A DNA stretch of 64,000 nucleotides from the IMG/VR virus record IMGVR_UViG_3300028829_005568. The stretch is one strand, 5' to 3'. Within the stretch, counting starts at the first letter, position 1. Every line of letters starts with the position of its first letter. Position numbers and translations under genes: made by a program. Of the stretch, positions 48,159-57,515 are shown in pieces. The notes under the pieces were generated by a model. It was not told the DNA's origin, searched no databases, and saw nothing but the letters and a program-made list of their open reading frames with translations. This stretch comes from a virus.

Positions 48159-50156
48159 TTAATGTTCCCAATGATCTGTTATTACAGGTACGGCTTTAAG
48201 AGGTATTATCTTACAAAAAGGTTTTCCTGCCTCTTCCATATGATATTGTAACCTATTAGCCATATAATCAGCTTGATTTTCTCCACATTCTATTACGATT
48301 TCATCATGAATAATATTACATATCTTTACTGTTCTATGGCAGTTAGTACTTATTAATTCATTAAAAAATCTTAATGCAGCAAGTTTAGTTATTTCTGCAG
48401 AAGTTCCTTGAATAGGATAATTATAGCTTTTACGTTCCATAGCTCCTTGAAATTTAAAATAATCCCTAACTGTTGGTTTATAATGTAAGTTAAACTTTTC
48501 AGAATTTTTACTCTTTTCTATTCTATACTGGGCCCAAAAACCGTCTTTTTTAACAATCTTTTGTACTTCCTTATAATCTTCATAGAAATCAATAAAACTT
48601 TTACGCTTACTTACATTATTTAACCGCACATACCCATTAGTTAACACTTCATTTTTAACCTTTTCAAAATAATTTTTAACACCTGTAAATGCTTCAAAAT
48701 AACCTTTATAGATTTTCTCCCCTTCTTCAATAGGAATACCTAAATTATCAGATATAGTTTTACCTACACCTCCATATTGAATAGCAAAACCTGCTGCTTT
48801 AGCATTTTGCCTTTTATCTTTATGTTTAGATTTAATCTCTTTTAAGCTTAATTTTTCTAGTTCTGGATATATCTTTTGAGCTATAAATGAATGCATATCT
48901 CCCATACCTTTTTGATAAAACTCTAATATCTCAGGATCCTTACAAAAATTAGCAAATACTACTGATTCCTGCCCACTGTAATCTGCTACTATTAGTTTAT
49001 TACCTGGCTCAGCTGTAAATGCTTCTCTATGTCTAGAATCTGAAGGTATTTGTTGAAGATTAACATATTCTTTTTTAGCTATCCTATCTTTTCCTCCACA
49101 AGACATTCTTCCAGTATCCATTATTTGTTTATACTGTGTATGTATGCGTCCTGTATTAGGATGTATTTGTTTTATAACACTCTCTCCAAAAGCAGAAACT
49201 ATTTTACCTATTTTTTTATATTTTATATATTTAGGTATTAGTTCATGAACATTTATTTGAGGCATTAATAATTTAATATCAACACTATCCTTATATTTGC
49301 CTGTTTTCTTATCTTTAGTAGTAGTATCCACACCTAATGACTTTAAAAAGGGAGATACTTGTTGTGCACTATCCCAATTCATAGTTATTTTGATTTTATC
49401 ACTAAATAGATCTAATTGATTATCTATATATTCATTTATTTTATTATCTATAATATATGAATCTAATATTTTTTTAGATTTATTTAATGACAGTAAATCT
49501 TCATTTATCTTTTTTTGCCATTTAGGCCTATCTAAATGAAATCCACTAAACTCAACATAAGCTAATACTCTAACAAATTTATTATCTAGATCCAAAGCTT
49601 TAGTAAGATTTAGTTCTTCTATTTTTAGCATTTGTTTAGCTTTGATTGCCCCTAAATATTTAACATCATTAGCAGCATAAGTTATACCACGAATACTTAA
49701 TTGTTCTTCATGTATATATTGTTGCATGCTTTTATCCATCACAACACCCGTGTATCTTTCTACTAATACACCCAGACTTTTTCTCACACTTTTATCTCCC
49801 ATAGATAATACACATTCTGCTAAGAAAGTATCATATAGCTTATTAGGCCATATGTTATTCTTATACAAGAACTTAAGATCAAATTTAGCATTCTGAAATA
49901 ATAATAATTTAGACTCTAATAGTTTTTTAAACTGCCTAACATCTACTGTTAGAGTATCTATTATCCATTGATTTTTAGAATCTCCAAGTTGTAATGAAAA
50001 CATAGTGTCTTCATGTACATCTAATCCTGTCGTCTCACTGTCTACTTCTATTTCGGCATGTTCACTAAAATATCTAAGACATTCAGAAATTGTACTAAAT
50101 TTAATATTACTATCTATTTTAAAAAATGATTTTTTATTAGTTATTAAATAAATCAT
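48159..50156 (-). CDS. polA: Family A DNA polymerase (3'-5' exonuclease + polymerase)
   Basis: VDSETTGL, FQNAKFD, YAAND; motif A ADYSGQE, motif B RQNAKAAGFAIQYG, motif C IHDE. Confidence 0.93.
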   Translation of the reverse strand: MIYLITNKKSFFKIDSNIKFSTISECLRYFSEHAEIEVDSETTGLDVHEDTMFSLQLGDSKNQWIIDTLTVDVRQFKKLLESKLLLFQNAKFDLKFLYKNNIWPNKLYDTFLAECVLSMGDKSVRKSLGVLVERYTGVVMDKSMQQYIHEEQLSIRGITYAANDVKYLGAIKAKQMLKIEELNLTKALDLDNKFVRVLAYVEFSGFHLDRPKWQKKINEDLLSLNKSKKILDSYIIDNKINEYIDNQLDLFSDKIKITMNWDSAQQVSPFLKSLGVDTTTKDKKTGKYKDSVDIKLLMPQINVHELIPKYIKYKKIGKIVSAFGESVIKQIHPNTGRIHTQYKQIMDTGRMSCGGKDRIAKKEYVNLQQIPSDSRHREAFTAEPGNKLIVADYSGQESVVFANFCKDPEILEFYQKGMGDMHSFIAQKIYPELEKLSLKEIKSKHKDKRQNAKAAGFAIQYGGVGKTISDNLGIPIEEGEKIYKGYFEAFTGVKNYFEKVKNEVLTNGYVRLNNVSKRKSFIDFYEDYKEVQKIVKKDGFWAQYRIEKSKNSEKFNLHYKPTVRDYFKFQGAMERKSYNYPIQGTSAEITKLAALRFFNELISTNCHRTVKICNIIHDEIVIECGENQADYMANRLQYHMEEAGKPFCKIIPLKAVPVITDHWEH

Positions 50157-50347
50157 GGTCTATTCATTTCATTAAAGTATATCTCTGATAATAAAGATTC
50201 TATAGTATCACTAGAAATACAATCTTTGCAGTTTCCATTCCAATACTCTTTATACTGGTTCCGTGGTATAGCAAACCATTTATCTTTATAATGATTGTAA
50301 TGAAATACATATCCATATAAAGAGCCATCTTTTTCTTTTTCTTCCAT
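50153..50347 (-). CDS. Hypothetical protein
   Basis: 64 aa, 4-bp overlap with polA start. Confidence 0.55.
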   Translation of the reverse strand: MEEKEKDGSLYGYVFHYNHYKDKWFAIPRNQYKEYWNGNCKDCISSDTIESLLSEIYFNEMNRP

Positions 50348-50358
50348 AATTTTTTTTA

Positions 50359-50928
50359 TTAAAAAGGCAATTGTCCTAAAGGTAAAGGAGTTGTAATTTG
50401 CCTTATATGTAATAATTTTCTATTTAAATCTCCTATTTTATATTTACTTGATTTAGTTTCTTGTATAATAGAATACATGTATTTTCTTATTTTTAACATA
50501 TATTGATACATTTTAGAATATCTTGCTCCATTTTTTACTTGAACAAAATAGTTAAGAAAATACGCTTCATAAATTCTTTCTTCTTTTTTAGTATATAAAA
50601 TCTTATTTATTTGACTTTTATTAACAAAAAAAGTTGATTCTGCATATGTTTCAGTTATTTTTGTAAATCCACCACCATTTATGATAGGAAAGAAATCAAT
50701 ATTAATATCTTCTATTTCTTTTTTTATATCTTTAGTTGTATTCTCTGTATCAAATGTATATTGATTAGTGTAATCATTCCCCCATTCCTCTGTGTCTTCA
50801 CACTCTACTTTTTTTATAGGAACATAAAGTGGTAATAATATACGAAAACTAGCATTAAAACAGAGACTTTCTCCCATAATTATACCTTTTCTTATTCCTG
50901 GACCAATTGGTTGTTTTTCTTTTTTCAT
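50359..50928 (-). CDS. Hypothetical protein
   Basis: 189 aa ORF with A-rich upstream region. Confidence 0.5.
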   Translation of the reverse strand: MKKEKQPIGPGIRKGIIMGESLCFNASFRILLPLYVPIKKVECEDTEEWGNDYTNQYTFDTENTTKDIKKEIEDINIDFFPIINGGGFTKITETYAESTFFVNKSQINKILYTKKEERIYEAYFLNYFVQVKNGARYSKMYQYMLKIRKYMYSIIQETKSSKYKIGDLNRKLLHIRQITTPLPLGQLPF

Positions 50929-50948
50929 AATATTAGTATTTTATAATT

Positions 50949-50985
50949 AAGAAAGGAGCTGCTTGTAGACTTACGCTCCTCTCTT
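50949..50985 (-). terminator. Probable intrinsic terminator
   Basis: aagaaaggagc / gctcctctctt inverted repeat downstream of 51002..51208. Confidence 0.55.
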
Positions 50986-51001
50986 CCCAAAAAAAATATT
51001 T

Positions 51002-51208
51002 TTAAGCTAATGCTTTTTCTAAAAATTCTTCTTTAGTGTCAAAATACTGCCCATGTGTTAACACAGTATATGCTTCAGAATTTTTATTTTCCATAAAAAG
51101 ATTTAATTCTGACCAAGAATATAATATCTTAATCGGCTCTAAATCTTCAAAATTTACTTCATCCATGTTATAATAAATATGGATCTCAAGGTTTATTAAT
51201 TTCTTCAT
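51002..51208 (-). CDS. Small early-region hypothetical protein
   Basis: 68 aa; preceded by AAAAACCCAAAAAACCCAAAAAC. Confidence 0.45.
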   Translation of the reverse strand: MKKLINLEIHIYYNMDEVNFEDLEPIKILYSWSELNLFMENKNSEAYTVLTHGQYFDTKEEFLEKALA

Positions 51209-51539
51209 GTTTTTGGGTTTTTTGGGTTTTTAATTGTTTTATTTTATTTTTAATTTTTGCACAATATTTCCAGAAATCTGATTGCTCATCTATAATTCTA
51301 TGAGTTTCTGGGACAGGTATGTATACATATACTCCATCTCCGTCTTTATGCTTCTTACAAACCATAGTATTTATTACTACAGCTTTTGGATCATTTCTTT
51401 GACTTATTTGTAATTTCCCATCACTATCAGTCCAAAAATAAGTGTATTCAGTTAATACACTCATTATATAATTCTTATCAGGATCTAAATCAAATTGTAA
51501 TTTAGACCCTACTTCCCATCCTGTATTATTATCTATCAT
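51186..51539 (-). CDS. Small early-region hypothetical protein
   Basis: 117 aa, overlapping neighbours. Confidence 0.5.
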   Translation of the reverse strand: MIDNNTGWEVGSKLQFDLDPDKNYIMSVLTEYTYFWTDSDGKLQISQRNDPKAVVINTMVCKKHKDGDGVYVYIPVPETHRIIDEQSDFWKYCAKIKNKIKQLKTQKTQKHEEINKP

Positions 51540-51729
51540 AATAATAAGTATTTATTTTTTTGGCTACAGTATAATTGTGGCATATTACTATACAACCACA
51601 ATATATTTGCAGTTGTCTAGCATCTTCATATCTATAAGAAGGGCTACTACTTTTTTTTACTTTTATACCAAGTAAAAATGCTAGATCTAAATATATTCCT
51701 ATTTGTTTAGTTTTTATTAATTTTTTCAT
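51529..51729 (-). CDS. Small early-region hypothetical protein
   Basis: 66 aa; preceded by AAAACCCCCAAA. Confidence 0.45.
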   Translation of the reverse strand: MKKLIKTKQIGIYLDLAFLLGIKVKKSSSPSYRYEDARQLQIYCGCIVICHNYTVAKKINTYYYDR

Positions 51730-51739
51730 TTTGGGGGTT

Positions 51740-51937
51740 TTAACTATTATCTACTATTTTTGTTATTAATTCAGAAGGTAATCCTCCTTCTATTATAGGA
51801 GCTTCTAGTAATATATTTGCTATTTGCATAAATATCCCAAAGTCCTCATTTACTGATTCTTCAAGTAAACGTATCTTAGTCTCAACTGACTGTGCCAGTA
51901 AAAACTTTGTTGCTGCTTCATCTTTTTTAGTAATCAT
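51740..51937 (-). CDS. Small early-region hypothetical protein
   Basis: 65 aa. Confidence 0.45.
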   Translation of the reverse strand: MITKKDEAATKFLLAQSVETKIRLLEESVNEDFGIFMQIANILLEAPIIEGGLPSELITKIVDNS

Positions 51938-52204
51938 AACTATTATTTTTTAGTTTTAACTTTTTCGTGAGCAGTACGAGATATTTTTGTCCCGTCATCA
52001 AGAGTAGTGATATACACTACCTCTTCCATTTTTTGACCTTTGTGCAACTTCTTCCATGCACTAATTACTTTTCTTGTTGTGTTCATGTTTACATTATTTA
52101 ATATTTAATTGAATTCTGTTTAATAAAAATCTCCTACACCACCATAGAGATAGACATCATTACGTGGGGCCTCAAAGGGCTGATGACTTTAATATGTTAT
52201 GTTT

Positions 52205-52438
52205 TTATGATAGTTTACTATAAATTTCATTTGTATTGTAGAATGTATCAGTTGTTCTTTTTAAATCATGAGATGAAAGTTTAGGCTTATAATAATCCTC
52301 TCTTGTGCCCCATTGAGAATTTAATTCATCCTCTATAATAGTTACAACGCAACTATCTTGATTTCCAAGCTCCTCACTTGCTTTAGCCACAATATCTTTC
52401 ATTGTACCTAATGATATATTTATCATTTTGAATGCCAT
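52205..52438 (-). CDS. Small early-region hypothetical protein
   Basis: 77 aa. Confidence 0.45.
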   Translation of the reverse strand: MAFKMINISLGTMKDIVAKASEELGNQDSCVVTIIEDELNSQWGTREDYYKPKLSSHDLKRTTDTFYNTNEIYSKLS

Positions 52439-52489
52439 GTCTTTATCTTTTTTAAGTTTGTAATGTTTTTAGATATATAATAAACAAAA

Positions 52490-52940
52490 AAGCGTGTTCT
52501 TTACACCACAATAGATTGCTCAAGCTAACACTCAATGAGTGTGCAAGGCTGTGCCTATTGGTAGGATTGAAACCTACATCTCTTTTTCTACTAAAATAAT
52601 CTCCAGTATCATGTGGGCGCAGTGGACAGATACTAAAACGGTTCATTTGATCATACCCAACCGTAGGGAGATTATTAAGTTAAATTCTCTACTATTTATA
52701 GCCTTACCTGCCTTACTTGCGACCTTTTACAGCACCATCTTTTATTCAATTGGCAAAAGATGGTTTGGTAAGTATTTAGTGTAATATTTCCTGAACTTGA
52801 TTAGAGCCCATTACTGGTAAATATTACTTGGCACTACTTACTACCTAAGTTATCACGCTTAGTTTGCAAGTAGAGAGCTAATTTAATTTAAAATAAAAGG
52901 ATAGCAGAACTAATGTTCCTATACCATCAATGGGCTTATT
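52490..52940 (-). ncRNA. Candidate large structured non-coding RNA, family unknown
   Basis: Nested perfect helices of 6-10 bp, a closing helix, a possible pseudoknot and a U-run after the 3' end on the - strand (see findings). Confidence 0.5.
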
Positions 52941-53196
52941 AAGCATCACTAATATTCTAAATTAAATCATCATAAAATTAACTAAATCATGATTCTTTAA
53001 TTTTACTGGAACTGCCGTTATTCATCAAGTTCTTAAGTGATATATCATGTGATTTGGTTGTAACCCCATATCATGAACCAAGGGTAATGAAGTAGTACTC
53101 CTTCATTAGATTTAACAAAATAGCTATATATTCTTTTAAATCATAATAAAATAGAGAAAAGCGTTATAGTACTTTTTCTTCCCTCTATCTTATTAA

Positions 53197-53469
53197 TCAT
53201 AAATATTCGTATATGTTTTTAAACATTACAAAACATAGCGTAAACCATGTTGTAAATATAATAGCTGTAAAGGCCAGGACTATTAATCCTGCAGCTATTG
53301 AAGTTAATATAGTTCTGATTGCAGAACTGTACATTAGGATACATAATGTTAAGTATCCTACAGTTAGAGATAATGTATATAGATACATTGTATCATAAAC
53401 ACATTTATCTAAGTATACTCCCAGCAATATCACCAGAAGTATACCTAAAACAAAAAGTTTCCTGTTCAT
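53197..53469 (-). CDS. Small membrane protein (three hydrophobic segments)
   Basis: 90 aa, almost entirely hydrophobic. Confidence 0.5.
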   Translation of the reverse strand: MNRKLFVLGILLVILLGVYLDKCVYDTMYLYTLSLTVGYLTLCILMYSSAIRTILTSIAAGLIVLAFTAIIFTTWFTLCFVMFKNIYEYL

Positions 53470-53924
53470 AATGAAAACTTTTTAATGATATTCTCTATTT
53501 CTTTCTTTTTTTCTAAAGGATATTTATATCCTAAGATAGTACTTAACTTATTTCCGTAAATATTATAAAATCCTTCATGATTAAATTGAGAGATCTTTTT
53601 TACACTGCCATCAGGTTGTGTAATATCAATGCTTACTCTTTTAGAATAAGAGTAATACAGTTCAAACTCTTTAGGCAGAACACTTTGTAATGCAGCCTGA
53701 AACGCAGGACTTCCTGCTGGCTGTATTATATCGTAGCACATATTTTCTTTGCACCATACTAAGAATTTTATTGCTAAAGAAACTAAATTCTGGCCTTTAG
53801 TATTGTTAGCCATTTCATTTTTTATTTCTTCCGGCAAATCCAAAGAATTTAATCCTTCTAATTCGCTTTTTTGCAGCTTAGTCATTTCATGTGCAGCTGC
53901 ATACACGTAGTTTATTTTTTTCAT
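53466..53924 (-). CDS. Early-region hypothetical protein
   Basis: 152 aa; preceded by AACCCAAAAAACAACAAA. Confidence 0.55.
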   Translation of the reverse strand: MKKINYVYAAAHEMTKLQKSELEGLNSLDLPEEIKNEMANNTKGQNLVSLAIKFLVWCKENMCYDIIQPAGSPAFQAALQSVLPKEFELYYSYSKRVSIDITQPDGSVKKISQFNHEGFYNIYGNKLSTILGYKYPLEKKKEIENIIKKFSL

Positions 53925-54182
53925 TTTGTTGTTTTTTGGGTTAATTAATAATTAAAGAACTGTGTTAATTCACCTCATTAAGATATCCCCCTACATGTGA
54001 CGAGGAATACTCTTTAATATTTATAAAAACAGTCATTGACTCAGCTCCTTAATGCGTCATTGTCTACTGTTGTGGTATGGTACAAGATTTCTCCCGGCCT
54101 GCTACCATCTTTACAGGCTTATAGTTATTAACATATTTTGTAATATAGTTTGTAAAAATGAGGGAATTTCACCCTCTTTTAA

Positions 54183-54521
54183 TTATAAGCTTTCGTTTAT
54201 GGAAAGCTCTCTTTTATATCTATACAATAGCTCCCCTAGAGCATCATGTACAAAAAGATCTCTTTTCTTGTGCATATGCATTTCTCTTTGAGTCTGGATT
54301 TTATCCAGATAATCCGATGCTAATGGTATATCATCATCTTTAATAGCACCATCTTTAACTAATTTTATTAGTGCCATGAAATACTTTATTATTCCGATAT
54401 ATTTACTCAAAGTAATAGGATCTCCATTCTTATTAGACAAATATATATTGTCATTTAACGAAAACATTATATCTATAATTTCAGCATCTTTTATTCTCCA
54501 ATTTTTTATACTTTCAAACAT
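54183..54521 (-). CDS. Early-region hypothetical protein
   Basis: 112 aa; preceded by hairpin + AATACCCCAAAAAAA. Confidence 0.55.
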   Translation of the reverse strand: MFESIKNWRIKDAEIIDIMFSLNDNIYLSNKNGDPITLSKYIGIIKYFMALIKLVKDGAIKDDDIPLASDYLDKIQTQREMHMHKKRDLFVHDALGELLYRYKRELSINESL

Positions 54522-54538
54522 TTTTTTTGGGGTATTGT

Positions 54539-54555
54539 GGGGACACGAGGTCCCC
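54539..54555. promoter_or_regulatory. GC-rich hairpin (ggggac-5nt-gtcccc) upstream of an early gene
   Basis: Perfect 6-bp stem; same layout as 54785-54805. Confidence 0.45.
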
Positions 54556-54562
54556 TAATTAT

Positions 54563-54766
54563 TTAATAATTTAAATCTTCTTGCTCTTCTAACATTATAT
54601 CTACTAAAACTTGTTCAGCATACTCAAAGTTTTTAACTTTAGGTAAATTAGCAAAATCATTAGCTATTTGAGCTGGTGAATGGTTAAGTTGCCAAGATGT
54701 TAGCTTCTCATATTTTCTATCTAATACATAGATAAACTCATCATTGTATGCTATTATTTCGTACAT
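54563..54766 (-). CDS. Early-region hypothetical protein
   Basis: 67 aa; preceded by hairpin + AATACCCCAAAAAA. Confidence 0.5.
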   Translation of the reverse strand: MYEIIAYNDEFIYVLDRKYEKLTSWQLNHSPAQIANDFANLPKVKNFEYAEQVLVDIMLEEQEDLNY

Positions 54767-54784
54767 TTTTTTGGGGTATTAAAA

Positions 54785-54805
54785 TAGGAGACTACCTGTC
54801 TCCTA
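54785..54805. promoter_or_regulatory. Hairpin (taggagac-5nt-gtctccta) upstream of an early gene
   Basis: Perfect 8-bp stem; followed by TTTT on the - strand, so it could also be a terminator. Confidence 0.45.
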
Positions 54806-55094
54806 CTATTGATTTAACTAATTCTTCGTCACTTACTTGATGACCTTCTGCCAGGTCACTATAGTAAGAATTTTCTTCTTCTTCTAGATTATTCATTAAC
54901 TCTAGTTTTTGAAACTTCATCCAAGATTCTTCTAATTTTTTTGTATCCATAATATATTGTTTTTTTGGGGTTTTTTAGCTATGTAATACTAATAAAGTAA
55001 GAAATGTGTATTTCTTAAATTACTAAATTGTGCCAGGCAATAACAGAGATAAGATGATAAGGACACTAAAGTCGCTGACTTCGGTAGATCTATT

Positions 55095-55127
55095 AAAAAA
55101 AACCCTACCATATTTCTATGGTAAGGT
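55095..55127 (-). terminator. Intrinsic terminator
   Basis: taccata/tatggta stem with flanking cc/gg pairs and an 8-U tail on the - strand. Confidence 0.7.
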
Positions 55128-55148
55128 CTTATTAGATTAGATTAAATG

Positions 55149-55568
55149 TTACTCTTGCTCTTCATCAAGCATACCATTAAACAAGGCTTTGTTAATTATT
55201 AACTTCTTCTTCTGCTCTTCGTCTGTTTTATCAGCACCAGCAGGAAAGTAACTAATTTCCTCCGCTTGAATAACAATATTAAGTTTCGTACCTTGTTTTA
55301 CATTATCACACATTTGACGGCTGACAGGGATTTCCTCCCCATTAGTAGTCAATAATACGCAATTAACATACTTCTTAGACTTAGCATCTTTTTGGGATGT
55401 TATTGTGCCCCAAGAAGGGGAACCAATCTCCACGTCCTCCGTATCTCCATCACTAAGGTGTGGAAACGGTAACGGCTTCATTATTGTAACGTTCTTATCA
55501 TTGGATAAAGTTTTTAACGCTTTATCCATTTCTGTAGTTGTTTTGTAGGTGTTTAATACTCTTGACAT
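55149..55568 (-). CDS. First gene of the leftward unit, hypothetical
   Basis: Likely start ATG 55568 (MSRVLNT); has its own terminator. Confidence 0.55.
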   Translation of the reverse strand: MSRVLNTYKTTTEMDKALKTLSNDKNVTIMKPLPFPHLSDGDTEDVEIGSPSWGTITSQKDAKSKKYVNCVLLTTNGEEIPVSRQMCDNVKQGTKLNIVIQAEEISYFPAGADKTDEEQKKKLIINKALFNGMLDEEQE

Positions 55569-56224
55569 TTTTGAATATATTAAGTTTGAATAAATGCTAC
55601 TACAAAAGAACCCATTGGGTCCCTTTGCTGGCAAAACTTTGCAGGGGTTACTCTATATGGAGGTAAAACTTCACGACTACTCATAAAATTTTTAAAAAAA
55701 TTATTTAAAAAAAAATTACAAAGAGATGTATAGTCTTAGAAAAATATTTAGAAAGTAGTTGAAGAAAATATCAAGTCCAGGTATAGGATCTCCTACGGTT
55801 ATGGAGATTAATAGAGGGAGGAAGTAAAGTGTGTATTTTAGTTTGCTCATTGTAAAAATATTATTTTACAAAGGAACTATAAGGAGAGGATAATTGTAAG
55901 AGTGAAAAGGTGTATTTTTTAATGTACTAGTTTTCTGGTACGTAATTAAAAAGGAGGTAATGGTCTATTGATATTGTGCAGATAAAAGACCTGAAAGAAC
56001 TTTTTCCTCCTTTAGTTATTTTGTTACCCCTCCTCTACAAAGAAAAGCCCTCCCTTTTTTAAAAATACCTCTCCCTAAGAAAGAACCACTATTTACTAGG
56101 AGTAAGTGCGATGCCTTAATCGCAAGATTGCACGAAGCTACTATTTATTTGCCACATACACAAGTTTTATTAAATATTTATTATTTTTAGATTTAGCTTT
56201 ATTTTAATTGTATATATTTGCATT

Positions 56225-56512
56225 ATGGAATTTGATTATGAGACAGCGGTAGGCTTAAAGTTTTTTGTGGGACCTTTGGACTTGACAGGAAAAGGCGCCA
56301 TAGATACTTTTAAGTTTATGTTTAATAGTGACAACCCAGATTTCATAGATGAGATGGAGGACCCCAGTGGAGTATTTACTGGAGATAATATTATGACTTG
56401 TAAATTCTTTGATGAGGAGGAAGGAGTAATGTATGTGCATTTTGATAAAGAAGTAGATAGAGAAAATCTTTCTATGTTTGAAGATAGAGAGATGATTTAT
56501 AAAAAGATTTAG
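56225..56512 (+). CDS. Hypothetical acidic protein
   Basis: 95 aa; TATATTTG (56213-56220) matches the Bacteroidota -7 element TAnnTTTG just upstream. Confidence 0.55.
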   Translation: MEFDYETAVGLKFFVGPLDLTGKGAIDTFKFMFNSDNPDFIDEMEDPSGVFTGDNIMTCKFFDEEEGVMYVHFDKEVDRENLSMFEDREMIYKKI

Positions 56513-56556
56513 TGTGGGTCCCATTTTTGGGACTATTGTTTTGTTTGTTTTTAATG

Positions 56557-56585
56557 AAGGGAGCCTAATGGGCTCTCTTTGTTTT
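56557..56585 (+). terminator. Intrinsic terminator
   Basis: aagggagcc/ggctctctt stem followed by tgtttt. Confidence 0.65.
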
Positions 56586-56597
56586 TAATATAAAATA

Positions 56598-56629
56598 TTT
56601 GTTGATCTAATAAATAGTAATTATGTTTG
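56598..56629 (+). promoter_or_regulatory. Bacteroidota sigma-A type promoter
   Basis: TTTG (56598-56601) - 20 nt - TATGTTTG (56622-56629) matches the -33/-7 consensus, 20 nt before ATG 56650. Confidence 0.6.
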
Positions 56630-56649
56630 CAAAGAGCAATAGTTAATTT

Positions 56650-57033
56650 ATGGAGAATAGAAGAGTTATCCCTATTAGTACAACAAGTGAAAAATTTTAC
56701 AAACAAGTAGTAGTATTATTAAATCCTATATTAAGATTAAGAGGAAAAGAGCAAGATGTACTAGCACAACTTATGTATTATAATAATAAGTATAAAGATC
56801 TAGATGAAAGTATTAGATGGAAAGTTATTATGGAATATGATACTAAGACAGAAATACAAAATAATTTAGGGATATCTGCTGCATCTATGTATAATTATTT
56901 ATCTGCACTTAGGAAGAAAGGTATTATAATTAAGAATAAGGTACATCCAAATTATTTGATTACTCCCAACAAAGAATTTAGTCTGAAATTTAAATTTACT
57001 ATTAATGAGCCCATTACTGAACAAGTTAATTAG
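56650..57033 (+). CDS. Putative winged helix-turn-helix DNA-binding protein
   Basis: EIQNNLGISAASMYNYLSALRKKGII HTH-like pattern. Confidence 0.6.
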   Translation: MENRRVIPISTTSEKFYKQVVVLLNPILRLRGKEQDVLAQLMYYNNKYKDLDESIRWKVIMEYDTKTEIQNNLGISAASMYNYLSALRKKGIIIKNKVHPNYLITPNKEFSLKFKFTINEPITEQVN

Positions 57034-57253
57034 GGAGATATCATTGAGCACAGGAATACCAAAAGATGTAGTAAAAATGATAATAGATAGTCAGTTTTTA
57101 TTTATACGTGAGGTGATGGCATTAGGAGAGAAGAATAAACCAGATACGTTTAAGAGTGTTAATGTAACCCATTTAGGTAAATTTGCCACAAGGGAATATA
57201 TGTTAAAGAAGTATAAACAAGCGTATGATAATAGAACTAAAGATACTGAATGA
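57005..57253 (+). CDS. HU/IHF-like DNA-binding protein
   Basis: LIREISLSTGIPKDVVKMIIDS...SVNVTHLGKF. Confidence 0.7.
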   Translation: MSPLLNKLIREISLSTGIPKDVVKMIIDSQFLFIREVMALGEKNKPDTFKSVNVTHLGKFATREYMLKKYKQAYDNRTKDTE

Positions 57254-57515
57254 TTTAGCAGAAGAGAAAGTAGGAAAAGATGAAGATGGGGAAGAATATA
57301 CGTATACTAAGGTAATTAAGAAAAATATAATAACTAAAAAATTGATAAATACTAATAGTATAACATCTATAGCAGAGACACTTACTAAGAAAGGGGTGCC
57401 GTATAAGAGTAGGTGTATAATTTATATTAAAGAGGAGGGGTATTCTATGGTCAAACATAGTTACGAAGAGATGAAGAGATTAATAGGACATAATAAAGTG
57501 GGATATAATGGATAA
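57225..57515 (+). CDS. Hypothetical protein
   Basis: 96 aa in the packaging cluster. Confidence 0.5.
   Translation: MIIELKILNDLAEEKVGKDEDGEEYTYTKVIKKNIITKKLINTNSITSIAETLTKKGVPYKSRCIIYIKEEGYSMVKHSYEEMKRLIGHNKVGYNG

Noticed and set aside
52545-52625. tRNA gene suggested by a T-arm-like hairpin
   Set aside because: Acceptor stem pairs poorly, D-arm is too short, no CCA; kept only as part of the larger structure.
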